A stretch of DNA of 64,000 bases from Pristiophorus japonicus (lineage: Eukaryota). Below are positions 12,515 through 25,700 of the stretch, piece after piece. The stretch spans positions 6,758,001 through 6,822,000 of the forward strand of contig NC_091999.1 of assembly GCF_044704955.1 (NCBI RefSeq), in the 5' to 3' direction. The notes below the pieces were generated by a model. That model was not told where the DNA came from. It did not search any database and saw only the letters and a program-made list of their open reading frames with translations. The position numbers and the translations under genes were made by a program. Within the stretch, counting starts at the first letter, position 1; every line of letters starts with the position of its first letter.

Positions 12515-13360
12515 CTTATCCAACGCCCGTTTGAAAGCCTCGATTGAGTCTGCCTCCCCCACCCTCTCAGGCCGTGCATTCCAGATCCTAACCACTCGCT
12601 GCGTGACAAACGTTTTTTCCCCGTGTCCGCCTTTGGTTCTTCTGCCAATCGCCTGAAATCTGTGTCCTCTGGTTCCCGACCCTTCCCCCCCACTGGGAAC
12701 AGTTCCTCTCTGTCTACTCTGCCCAGATCCCTCATGATTGTGAACACCTCGATCAAATCTCCTCTCAACCTTCTCTGCTCCACGGAGAACAACCCCAGCC
12801 TCTCCAGTCTCACCCCGTCACCGAGGTCCCACATCCCCGGGACCATTCTGGCCAATCTCCCTCTGCACCTTCTCCAAGGCCTTCACATCCTCTCTAAAGT
12901 ACGGTGCCCAGAATTGGACACAATACTCCAGTTTGGGCCGAGCCAGTGTTGTATAAAGGTTCATCATAACGTCCCTCCCTTTTGTGCTCTGTGTCTCTAT
13001 TTATGAAGACCAGGATCCCGTTAGCTTTAACCGCTTTCCCAACCTGCCCTGCCACCTCCAACAATCTGTGCCCATATACCCCCAGGTCTCTCTGTTCATG
13101 CACCCCGCTTTAGGATTGTACCCGTCAGTGTATATCGCCTCTCCTTGTTCTTACGACTAAAATGCATCACTTTGCACGTTTCTGCGTTAAATTCCACCTG
13201 CCACGAGTCCGCCCGTCCCAGCAGCCTGTCTGTGTCTTGTTAAAGTCGATCCCCTGTCCTCCTCACTGTTCACTACACTTCCAAGTTTTGTGTCATCCGC
13301 ACATGTTGAAATTGTGCCCTGTACACCCAAGGCCAAGTCATTAATATATCTCAGGAAAAG
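12515..13360 (-). mobile_element. CR1-clade LINE fragment
   Basis: ADDTKLG and EQRRLRGDLIEVF motifs on the - strand. Confidence 0.85.
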
Positions 13361-13435
13361 CAAGATGGCACGGATATGAGGTCGGAGGCTAATACCGGGG
13401 TCAAATCTCCCACGTTCTACACTATGTAACACGGA

Positions 13436-16015
13436 ACTCATTCACTCTTTCTCTCTCTCTCTCTTTCTCACACCTGTAACTCATTCTCTCTCTCTCTCTT
13501 TCTCACACCTGTAACTCATTCTCTCTCTCTCTCCCTCACACCTGTAACTCATTCTCTCTCTTCCCCTCACACCTGTAACTCATTCTCTATCTCTCTCCCT
13601 CACACCTGTAACTCACTCTCTCTCTCTCCCTCACACCTGTAACTCATTCTCTCTCTCTCTCTCCCTCACACCTGTAACTCATTCTCTCTCTCCCCCTCAC
13701 ACCTGTAACTCATTCTCTCTCTCTCCCTCACACCTGTAACTCATTCTCTCTCTCCCCCTCACACCTGTAACTCATTCTCTCTCTCTCTCCCTCACACCTG
13801 TAACTCATTCTCTATCTCTCTCCCTCACACCTGTAACTCACTCTCTCTCTCTCTCCCTCACACCTGTAACTCATTCTCTCTCTCTCTCCCTCACACCTGT
13901 AACTCATTCTCTCTCTCTCCCTCACACCTGTAACTCACTCTCTCTCTCTCTCCCTCACACCTGTAACTCATTCTCTCTCTCTCCCTCACACCTGTAACTC
14001 ATTCTCTCTCTCCCCCTCACACCTGTAACTCATTCTCTCTTTCTCTCCCTCACACCTGTAACTCATTCTCTCTCTCTCCCTCACACCTGTAACTCATTCT
14101 CTCTCTCCCCCTCACACCTGTAACTCATTCTCTCTCTCTCTCCCTCACACCTGTAACTCACTCTCTCTCTCTCTCCCTCACACCTGTAACTCATTCTCTC
14201 TCTCTCTCCATCACACCTGTAACTCATTCTCTCTCTCCCCCTCACACCTGTAACTCATTCTCTCTCTCTCCCTCACACCTGTAACTCACTCTCTCTCTCT
14301 CCCTCACACCTGTAACTCACTCTCTCTCTCTCCCTCACACCTGTAACTCATTCTCTCTCTCTCTCCCTCACACCTGTAACTCATTCTCTCTCTCCCTCCC
14401 TCACACCTGTAACTCTCTCTCTCTCTCTCCCTCACACCTGTAACTCATTCTCTCTCTCTCTCCCTCACACCTGTAACTCACTCTCTCTCTCTCTCCCTCA
14501 CACCTGTAACTCATTCTCTCTCTCTCTCCCTCACACCTGTAACTCATTCTCTCTCTCCCCCTCACACCTGTAACTCATTCTCTCTCTCTCCCTCACACCT
14601 GTAACTCATTCTCTCTCTCCCCCTCACACCTGTAACTCATTCTCTCTCTCTCCCTCACACCTGTAACTCATTCTTTCTCTCTCTCCCTCACACCTGTAAC
14701 TCACTCTCTTTCCCTCCCTCACACCTGTAACTCATTCTCTCTCCCTCCCTCACACCTGTAACTCTCTCTCTCTCTCCCTCACACCTGTAACTCATTCTCT
14801 CTCCCTCCCTCACACCTGTAACTCTCTCTCTCTCTCCCTCACACCTGGAACTCACTCTCTCTCCCTCCCTCACACCTGTAACTCATTCTCTCTCCCTCCC
14901 TCACACCTGTAACTCACTCTCTCTCCCTCCCTCACACCTGTAACTCACTCTCTCTCCCTCCCTCACACCTGTAACTCACTCTCTCTCTCTCCCTCACACC
15001 TGTAACTCATTCTCTATCTCTCTCCCTCACACCTGTAACTCACTCTCTCTCTCTCCCTCACACCTGTAACTCATTCTCTCTCTCCCTCACACCTGTAACT
15101 CATTCTCTCTCTCCCTCCCTCACACTTGTAACTCACTCTCTCTCCCTCACACCTGTAACTCACTCTCTCTCTCTCTCCCTCACACCTGTAACTCACTCTC
15201 TCTCTCCCTCACACCTGTAACTCACTCTCTCTCTCTCTCCCTCACACCTGTAACTCACTCTCTCTCTCTCTCCCTCACACCGGTAACTCACTCTCTCTCT
15301 CTCCCTCACACCTGTAACTCACTCTCTCTCTCTCTCCCTCACACCTGTAACTCACTCTCTCTCTCTCTCCCTCACACCGGTAACTCACTCTCTCTCTCTC
15401 CCTCACACCTGTAACTCACTCTCTCTCTCCCTCACACCTGTAACTCTCTCTCTCCCTCACACCTGTAACTCATTCTCTCTCTCCCTCCCTCACACCTGTA
15501 ACTCATTCTCTCTCTCTCTCCCTCACACCTGTAACTCTCTCTCTCCCTCACACCTGTAACTCATTCTCTCTCTCTCTCCCTCACACCTGTAACTCACTCT
15601 CTCTCCCTCCCTCACACCTGTAACTCATTCAATCTCTCCCTCCCTCACACCTGTAACACATGCTCTCTCTCCCTCACACCTGTACCTCATTCTCTCTCTC
15701 CCTCCCTCACACCTGTAACTCATTCTCTCTCTCTCTCCCTCACACCTGTAACTCACTCTCTCTCCCTCCCTCACACCTGTAACTCATTCAATCTCTCCCT
15801 CCCTCACACCTGTAACTCATTCTCTCTCTCCCTCCCTCACACCTGTAACTCATTCTCTCTCTCCCTCCCTCACACCTGTAACTCATTCTCTCTCTCTCTC
15901 CCTCACACCTGTAACTCACTCTCTCTCCCTCCCTCACACCTGTAACTCATTCAATCTCTCTCTCCCTCACACCTGTAACTCTCCCTCTCCCTCCATCACA
16001 CCTGTAACTCATTCT
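13436..16015. repeat. Minisatellite: cacacctgtaactca + (CT)n, ~32-36-bp unit, ~75 copies
   Basis: Visible tandem repetition. Confidence 0.95.
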
Positions 16016-16019
16016 TTCC

Positions 16020-18430
16020 CACTCACCCATCACCCCCTGTGCTTGCTGCCCCGTGTCCTAACTCACACCAAGTCCCGCTCACCCGCTGAACATTGGCTTA
16101 CGGTTAAGCAACGATTTTAAAATTCTCATCCTTGTTTACAAATCCCTCCATGACCTCGCCCCTCCCTATCTCTGTAATCTCCTCCAGCCCCTACACCCCT
16201 CCCTATCTCTGTAACCTCCTCCAGCCCCTACACCCCTCCCTTTCTCTGTAACCTCCTCCAGCCCCTACACCACTCCCTATCTCTGTAACCTCCTCCAGCC
16301 CCTACACCCCTCCCTATCTCTGTAACCTCCTCCAGCCCCAACACCCCTCCCTATCTCTGTAACCTCCTCCAGCCCCTACACCCCTCCCTATCTCTGTAAC
16401 CTCCTCCAGCTCCAACACCCCTCCCTATCTCTGTAACCTCCTCCAGCCCCTACACCCCTCCCTATCTCTGTAACCCCCTCCAGCCCCTACACCCCTCCCT
16501 ATCTCTGTAACCTCCTCCAGCCCCTACACCCCTCCCTATCTCTGTAACCTCCTCCAGCCCCTACACCCCTCCCTATCTCTGTAACCTCCTCCAGCCCCTA
16601 CACCCCTCCCTATCCCTGTAACCCCCTCCAGCCCCTACATCCCTCCCTATCTCTGTAACCTCCTCCAGTCCCTACACCCCTCCCTATCTCTGTAACCTCC
16701 TCCAGCCCCTACATCCCTCCCTATCTCTGTAACCTCCTCCAGCCCCTACACCCCTCCCTATCTCTGTAACCTCCTCCAGCCCCTACACCCCTCCCTATCT
16801 CTGTAACCTCCTCCAGCCCCTACACCCCTCCCTATCTCTGTAACCTCCTCCAGCCTCTACAGCCCTCCCTATCTCTGTAACCTCCTCCAGCCCCTACACC
16901 CCTCCCTATCTCTGTAATGTCCTCCAGCTCCAACACCCCTCCCTATCTCTGTAACCTCCTCCAGCCCCTACACCCCTCCCTATCTCTGTAACCCCCTCCA
17001 GCCCCTACACCCCTCCCTATCTCTGTAACCTTCTCCAACCCCTACACCCCTCCCTATCTCTGTAACCCCCTCCAGCCCCTACACCCCTCCCTATCTCTGT
17101 AACCTCCTCCAGCCCCTACACCCCTCCCTATCTCTGTAACCTCCTCCAGCCCCTACACCCCTCCCTATCTCTGTAACCTCCTCCAGCCCCTACACCCCTC
17201 CCTATCCCTGTAACCCCCTCCAGCCCCTACATCCCTCCCTATCTCTGTAACCTCCTCCAGTCCCTACACCCCTCCCTATCTCTGTAACCCCCTCCAGCCC
17301 CTACATCCCTCCCTATCTCTGTAACCTCCTCCAGCCCCTACACCCCTCCCTATCTCTGTAACCTCCTCCAGCCCCTACACCCCTCCCTATCTCTGTAACC
17401 TCCTCCAGCCCCTACACCCCTCCCTATCTCTGTAACCTCCTCCAGCCTCTACACCCCTCCCTATCTCTGTAACCTCCTCCAGCCCCTACACCCCTCCCTA
17501 TCTCTGTAATGTCCTCCAGCCCCTACACCCTTCCCTATCTCTATAACCTCCTCCAGCCCCTACACCCCTCCCTATCTTTGTAACCTCCTCCAGCCCCTAC
17601 ACCCCTCCTACCCATCATCACAGGCGGTCCCTCGAATGACTTGCTTCCACGCCGAAAAAGAATGAGTTCACAGGTGTTTCAATGAAGGACCCAATATTCC
17701 GGATCCCGAACTACATCCTGAAGGGTGGAAGATGCCTGTGGGTGGATTTGTTTTAACGTGGGGTGACCGTTACACACCAGCCACCACACGGGGCTTGACA
17801 GAGCGAGGCCTTGGTCCAGGGGCGAGGGTTAACCAGGACGACCGGAGACCAGCTCTGCTGCACGGGGCCCAGTGCGCCCACACACACATCGCACAGTGTG
17901 GGCTGGGGCCCGTGCTGCCCCCTGGGCCCTCGCCCCTCCTGGGCCGCTGATCACATCCCTCGACCGTCTCCCGCCTCTCCTTCGCCCCGACCTCGCTGCT
18001 CCTACTGCGGCAAGGTCGTGGGCAAAGGAGCGGCGAGAGATTGTGGATGGGACATGATCCGGGCCCACGCTCCAATCACCGACCTGGACCTTGCCGGTGT
18101 CCGTCTTCGCTGCCATCGCCCGCCTGCACCAACCCGAGCCCTACCTTGCCGTGGCATGCCACCACACCGCTTCCCGAGGCCACACACCTCATTTTATGGT
18201 CCCGACCTGCTGCTGATGGTTTCGCGAGATGTCTGCGCTCCTCCAATTCTGCCCTCCTGACCATCCCTGATTATAATCGCTCCACCATCGGTGGCCGTGC
18301 CTTCTGTTGCCTGGGCCCCAAGCTCTGGAACTCCCTCCCTAAACCTCTCCGCCTCTCTACCTCCTACTTTAATACTCTTTAAACCCTACCTCTTTGGCCA
18401 AGCTTTTGGCTACCTGTCCCATTATCTCCT
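16020..18430 (+). mobile_element. L2 LINE 3' region containing an expanded 37-bp minisatellite (~16160-17610) and an inserted RTE-tailed element
   Basis: L2 3' motifs (..FKILILVYKSLH.LAP.YL, GGRAF...PKLWNSLP); unit cctccagcccctacacccctccctatctctgtaacct. Confidence 0.8.
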
Positions 18431-18439
18431 TATTAGGTG

Positions 18440-19365
18440 TCAGCCGTGTCTCATGGGCAGCACACTCGGCTCAGAGACAGAACGTTGTGGGTTCAACTCA
18501 CACTGCAGGGATTTAAGCACATAAATCTGGGCTGGCACTCCCAGTCCAGGGCTGAGGGAGCCCCGCAGTACTGAGGGGCAGTAGTGAGGGAGCCCCGCAC
18601 TGTCGGAGGGGCAGTACTGAGGGAGTGCCGCACTGTCGGAGGGGCAGTACTGAGGGAGCCCCGCACTGTCGGAGGGGCAGTACCGAGGGAGCCCCGCACT
18701 GTCGGAGGGGCAGTACTGAGGGAGCTCCGCACTGTCGGAGGGGCAGTACTGAGGGAGCGCCACACTGTCGAAGGGGCAGTACTGAGGGAGCGCCGCACTG
18801 TCGGAGGGGCAGTACTGAGGGAGCCCCGCGCTGTCGGAGGGGCAGTACTGAGGGAGCCCCGCACTGTCGGAGGGGCAGTACTGAGGGAGTGCCGCACTGT
18901 CGGAGGGGCAGTACTGAGGGAGCCCCGCACTGTCGGAGGGGCAGTACCGAGGGAGCCCCGCACTGTAGGAGGGGCAGTACCGAGGGAGCCCCGCACTGTC
19001 GGAGGGGCAGTACTGAGGGAGAGCTGCACTGTCAGAGTGGCAGTACTGAGGGAGCCCCGCACTGTCGGAGGGGCAGTACCGAGGGAGCCCCGCACTGTAG
19101 GAGGGGCAGTACTGAGGGAGCCCCGCACTGTCGGAGGGGCAGTACTGAGGGAGCCCCGCACTGTCGGAGGGGCAGTACTGAGGGAGCCCCGCACTGTCGG
19201 AGGGGCAGTACTGAGGGAGCGGCGCACTGTCGGAGGGGCAGTACGGAGGCAGACGTTAAACCGAGGCCCCGTCTGCTCTCTCAGGTGGCCGTCAAAGATC
19301 CCACAACACTATTTGGACGAAGAGCAGGAGGAGTTGTCATAGCTAATAGTTATCCCTCAATCATG
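18440..19365 (+). mobile_element. tRNA-headed Deu-domain SINE with a 33-bp expansion (~20 units)
   Basis: B-box-like GGTTCAAC; Deu core ACGTTAAACCGAGGCCCC..AAAGATCCC; unit cagtactgagggagcgccgcactgtcggagggg. Confidence 0.8.
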
Positions 19366-19769
19366 CTGTTGTTGGCTGGGTAGCGGAGGGTTAATAAAGG
19401 AGCGTGAGTGGAAAGTTTTAATCTCTGTGGGAGAGAGCTGGGGCTCTGGGTGGGAGGCTCCCATGGCCACGCCAGCCAAGTCCCCAGTCCGTTGTTTACA
19501 ACCTGTGGAACCATTCCTCTTTTTAAACTCTGTCCTTAGAAAGCGAGAGTGCGAGCGTTCGCGGTGATAGATCAGAGAGTGGTCACTGGGGGGGCCGGGA
19601 GGGGAGCGGCATCTCCTCGTGCATCAGACACACAAAGTCGGTGTGTAGGTACAGCAAGTAATCAGGAATGTTGGCCTTTAGTGCGAGGCAGTGCGGGGGG
19701 GGGCGAATTTCAGCCTCCCAACAAGGCCCGGGACGGCCGGACTGCGATGACCACGGGGCAGTGACACAC

Positions 19770-20570
19770 CATCATCATCATTAGGCAGTCCCTCGGAATC
19801 GAGGAAGACTTGCTTCCACTCCCAAAGTGAGTTCTCTGGTGGCTGAACAGTCCGGTACGCGAGCCACGGACCCTGTCACAGGTGGGGACAGACATTGGTC
19901 GAGGGAAGGGGTGGGTGGGGCCGGTTTGCCGCGCCCTCCTTCCGCTGCCTGCGCTTGGCCTCCTCACGCTCTTTGCGTTGAGACTCGAGGTGCTCAGCGC
20001 CCTCCCGGATGCACTTTCTCCACCTCGGGCGGTCTGCGGCCGGGATCTCCCAGGTGTCGGTGGGGATGTCGCACTTCACCAGGGAGGCTTTGAGGGTGGT
20101 CCCTTGTAACGTTTCCGCTGGCCCACCTTTGGCTCGTTTACCATGAAGGAGCTCCGCATAAAACGTTTGCTTTGGGGAGTCTCGTATCTGCCATGCGGAC
20201 AATGTGGCCCTGCCCAGCGGAGCTGGTCGAGTGTGTGGTCAGTGCTTCGATGCTGGGGATGTTGGGCCTGGTCGAGGACGCTAACGTTGGTGCGTCTGTC
20301 CTCCCGGGGGATTTGCAGGATCTTGCGGAGACATCGTTGGTGATATATCTCCAGCGACTTGAGGTGTCTACTGTACATGGTCCACGTCTCTGAGCCATAC
20401 AGGAGGGCGGGTATCACTACAGCCCTGTAGACCATGAGCCTGGTGGTGGATTTGAGGGCCTGGTCTTCAAACACTCTTTTCCTCAGGCGGCCGAAGGCTG
20501 CACTGGCGCACTGGAGGCGGTGTTGGATCTCTGCATCAATGTCTGCCCTTGTTGATAAGAGGCTCCCGAT
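19770..20570 (-). mobile_element. RTE LINE 3' fragment
   Basis: VYRAVVIPALLYGSETW and HQRCLRKILQI motifs, (GAT)n tail. Confidence 0.9.
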
Positions 20571-20934
20571 GCGGCGATGTCACCGGTATGGTGCTGATGA
20601 CTGACAGCGGCTGACACTCCCACCCCTATGTTTCGGTGTTTCCATGTGGGGTGGCCGTTGTACACCAGCCACCACACGGGCTTGACAGAGCTCGGTCTTG
20701 GTCCAGGGGCAAGGGTTAACCAGGATGACAGGAGACCAGCTCTGCTGCACGGACCCAGTGCGCCCGCATATTGCACAGTGTGGGCTGGGCCCGTGCTGCC
20801 CCCTGGGCCCTCGCCTCTTCTGGGCCCCGAACTCTCGCCTCTCCTGGGCTCCGATCACATCGCTCCATGATCACTCGCCGTTCCTTCGCCCCGACCTCGT
20901 CGCTGTACCTGCCCACATTATACACTATCCCCGA

Positions 20935-21830
20935 TACACACCTCCCCTCTCTCCTATCCCCCCCATCTCTTTCTCTCATTCACCCATCTCTCATCCCTCC
21001 CCAGACCCCCCCCCCCGGCCTCTCTGCCCCCCATCTCTTTCTCTCATTCACCCATCTCTCATCCCTCCCCAGACCCCCTGCCCTCTCCCCTCCCATCTCT
21101 TTCTCTCTCATTCACCCCTCTCTCATCCTTCCCCAGACACCCCCCCCCCGGCCTCTCTGCCCCCCATCTCTTTCTCTCTCATTCACCCCTCTCTCATCCC
21201 TCCCCAGACTCCCTGCCCTCTCCCCTCCCATCTCTTTCTCTCATTCACCCATCTCTCATCCCTCCCCAGACCCCCTGCCCTCTCCCCTCCCCCATCTCTT
21301 TCTCTCTCATTCACCCCTCTCTCATCCCTCCCCAGACCCACTGCCCTCTCCCCTCCCATCTCTTTCTCTCATTCACCCATCTCTCATCCCTCCCCAGACC
21401 CCCTGCCCTCTCCCCTCCCCCATCTCTTTCTCTCTCTTTCACCCCTCTCTCATCCTTCCCCAGACACCCCCCCCCCGGCCTCTCTGCCCCCCATCTCTTT
21501 CTCTCTCATTCACCCCTCTCTCATCCTTCCCCAGACCGCCCCCCCCCCCAGGCCTCTCTGCTCCCCATCTCTTTCTCTCTCATTCACCCATCTCTCGTCC
21601 CTCCCCAGACCCCCTGCCCTCTCCCCTCCCATCTCTTTCTCTCTCATTCACCCCTCTCTCGTCCCGCACCAGACCCCCTGGCCTCTCCGCCCCCCCATCT
21701 CTTTCTCTCTCATTCCCCCTCTCCCTCCTCCTCGCTCTCGCCCCATTCTCCCCTCCTCCTCTCTCCTCCATTCTCCCCGCCACACTCCTCTGTCCATTTC
21801 CCCCCCTCCTCTCCCTCTTTCTCCACCCCC
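20935..21830. repeat. Pyrimidine-rich composite minisatellite
   Basis: Repeated catctctttctctctcattcacccctctctcatccctccccagacc units. Confidence 0.9.
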
Positions 21831-22709
21831 CACACACAAGTGCGTTAACCCTGCCCCCGTGTCTCTCCCCACCGCCCCATTCCCTCTCCCGCGGGACCGA
21901 GCGAAAGGCTCTTGCCCTCTTTCCAGAAGACAGTATCCCCCTTGGCGGTGCGGGACGGTTAAGCAGGAAGGAGAGAGCGCACGTGGTGATGGTGGGGGCA
22001 GGCGGGGGGGGGGGGGGGGAGGCGGTGTTGAAAGCGAGGGAGCACTCTATCGCTCTGTCGGTGCACAGAGTGTAAAATGGCGGCACTGCCGCGGTCGCCA
22101 TTAACGGGGAGTACGCACTGCCGCGGTCGCCATTTTATTTATTTTTTTGTCGGCAGCCTGGCGCCCCTCGCTAGCCCAGGCCGAAACCCTCCTTGGTGGC
22201 CCAGTGGGCCCAACTAAAGGGATGGCAGAGCTCACAGAGGCCTGCCCCTTTAACCAATGCGGTGATGTCACTGGCCCGGTGCTGATGACTGACAGCGACG
22301 GACACTCCCACTCCTCCTCCACTCCCTCCCCCCTCCCCCCCCAATCATTACTGACTACCGCCCCTCACCCCGCCCCGCCCCGCCCCTCGCAAAAAAATGA
22401 CAAAGAGCTGAATTTCGCAGGATGGGCCGACGCATCCCATCACCATCACAGGCGGTCCCTCGAACGAGGAAGACTTGCTTCCACAAGAGTTCACAGATGT
22501 TTCGATGAAGGAGCCGATGTTCCAGGTCCTGAATTCCAGTCGAGGGGAAGGGTGGGAGATGCCTGTGGGTGGATGTGTTTAACGTGGGACTGGCCGTTGT
22601 ACACCAGACACCACACGGGGCTCGACAGAGCGAGGTCTTGGTCCAGTGGCGAGGGTTAACCAGGACGACTGGAGACCTGCCCTGCTGCACGGACCCAGTG
22701 CGCCCACAC

Positions 22710-25700
22710 ATCATCATCATGGGCAGTCCCTCGGAATCAAGGAAGACTTGCTTCCACTCTTAAAATGAGTCCTGTTGTGCATGCAATAAATCAATAGCCC
22801 GAATACTGTAAACTAACACAGGTACAAACCCGGCTCTACTTTATTAGGGCCCAAAGTGATGACATTACAAGATGTATACGTGGGCCGCACACACGTGTGC
22901 ACAGCCCAATGACCTCCGACAGTGGCGCCCCCTGGTGGCTAGTAACCCCAAGCATACATACATGACAATACCCCCCTTTAAGATATTAGTGACGGTCTGT
23001 TTACAAATTGAGACGCTCCGGGGCTTTCCGCTCCCGAGTTGAACGTCTCAGTTTAACTCCAGCCCTGGGTGAGCGTTCTGAGTCTGTTATGACTGGGGGC
23101 TGGGTAGCCGATCTGATGGGAGTGGCATTGACCACGTCAGGGATTGAAAGTCCAGATTCACTGATGGCGGCGGAGTCCTCTGGTGACTGAGGGTAGGTTG
23201 GTTGGTCACTGATTGTGTCTTCCTCAGACTGTTCCGGTTCATCCGTGTGCCGCAACTTTATCTGATCGGCATGTTTCCTGCATGTCTGCCCATTCTTGAG
23301 CTTGACGATAAACACTCTGTTTCCCTCCTTGGCCGTAACAGTACCGGCGACCCACTTGGGACCTTGACCATAATTCAGTACATACACAGGACCATTAACA
23401 GAAATGTCACGTGACACAGCAGCGCGATCACGATACCACTGCTGACTTTGACGTCTGTATTCAACATGATCGTTCAAGTCAGGATTGGCAAGAGACAGCT
23501 TGGTCTTGAGACCTCTCCATCAATAGTTCAGCAGGGGAGACCCCGGTAAGCGTGTGGGATCCTGTCCTGTAACTAAACAATATGCGTGACAAGCGAGTCT
23601 GCAGTGAACCTTGAGTTACACGTTTCATACTCTGCTTGATGGTTTGGACAGCACGCTCTGCTTGACCATTAGATGTGGGTTTGAATGGTGCTGACCTTAT
23701 ATGTTTGATACCATTGAGTTTCATGAACTCTTGAAACTCCAGACTCGTGAAGCAAGGTCCGCTGTCGCTCACAACGATGTCGGGCAGACCATGAGTTGCA
23801 AACATGTCACGAAGGCTCTCAATGGTAACTGTGGATGTACTGGATGACATGATTATACACTCTATCCACTTGGAATAAGCATCCACCACAACTAAAAACA
23901 TCTTTCCCAGGAAGGGACCTGCAAAGTCGATGTGGATCCTGGTCCATGGTTTAGACGGCCACGACCACAGACCCAGCGGAGATTTCACTGGTGCTTTACT
24001 AAGCTGCATGCAAGTGTTGCACTGATGCACACATGATTCCAGATCAGATACCGACTGCAGCAATTTTCCTCCCCAGGAATTTGACTTCCGATGCCATGAA
24101 GACGCACTTCGAGCGTTTCAGTCTGAGTCCCACTTTGTCCAGACGATGTAGAATCTCTTCCAGGTTGTTCAGATGTTCGGCGGAGTCACGACCTGTGACC
24201 AGGATGTCATCTTGGAGCACGACGGTTCTGGGGACGGAGTTCAGTAGACTCTCCATGTTCCTCTGAAATATGGCTGCAGCCGAGCGAATTCCGAAAGGAC
24301 ACCTGTTGTAGATAAACGGTCCTTTATGAGTGTTGATGCACGTAAGTTTCTTCGACGTCTCGACCAGCTCCTGTGTCATGTAGGCCGACATCAGATCCAG
24401 TTTTGTGATCGACTTCCCCCCGGCTAGCGTTGCAAACAGGTCATCAGCCTTCGGTAACGGGTAATGATCCTGTTTCGAAACTCGGTTGATCGTAACCTTG
24501 TAGTCTCCACAAATCCTAACAGTGCCAACACTCTTCAACACGGGAACAATGGGGCTGGCCCATTCGTTAAATTTGACCGGTGATATGATCCCTTCACGCT
24601 GGAGTCTGTCCAGTTCGATTTCGACCTTCTCCCTCATCGTGTACGGAACCGCCCGAGCTTTATGATGGACGAGTCTTGCAGCCGAGTCCACGTGGATCTG
24701 CACCTTGGCTCCCGTGAAATTGCTGATGCCTGGTTCAAACAGCGAGGGGAACTTGCTCAGCACTTGAGCACATGGAGTATTCTCCTCCGACGATAACGCT
24801 TTGATCTTGTTCCAGTTCCATTTGATTTTTTCTAACCAGTTCCTGCCGAACAGTGTTGGACCATTGCCTGGAACAATCCATAACGGTAAATTGTGAACCG
24901 CACCATCATACGACACCTTGATTACTACACTGCCAATCACCGTTAAGAGTTCTTTAGTGTACGTACGCAACTTGGCATTGACTGGACTCAACTTAGGCCT
25001 CACAGCCTTAGTATCCCACAGCTTGTCAAATGTCCTCTGGCTCATTATTGATTGGCTCGCCCCCGTGTCCAATTCCATCGATACCGGCACACCATTAAGT
25101 TTTACATTAATCATTATCGGTTGGCTCTTTGTTAGGAACGATTACAGTCCATACACTTCCTCCTCTCGTATCTCGGATTACATATCCGGATCCGCGCTAG
25201 ACTGGTCATCATCCTCCACGTGGTGTGTCGCAGCACGCTTGCTCAGTTGCGGACACATGCGCTGGAGATGCCCCACTCTCGAACAGCCTTTACAAATATA
25301 CTAAACAAAGAAATCAACACTGATGATGCCGATGATTGCCCCCACAACGTCAACACGGTGATATCGGATTCATTCCCATTGGCGGACTTTGGGCAGCCAC
25401 AGGTTTTGTGTATGCAGTTGGGTAGGCCCTGCCATACGCAGCTCTGCCAAACGACGATACTATCTTGTTTACAGTACTTGCCGAGTTCCAATTTTTCAAT
25501 GATATCTGCTTTAAGCTTTTGTCCGTCGTCATGCGTGATTGGGCAATCGTGATGGCCTTGCTCAAATCCAACGTCTCCGCCACCAGTAGCTTACGCAGGA
25601 TCACCTCGTGGTTGATGCCGATTACAAAGAAGTCCCGCATCATGTCTGCCGACGCAGTTTCGAACTTACACGGTCCAGCTAGACGTCTTAGGTCGGCAAC

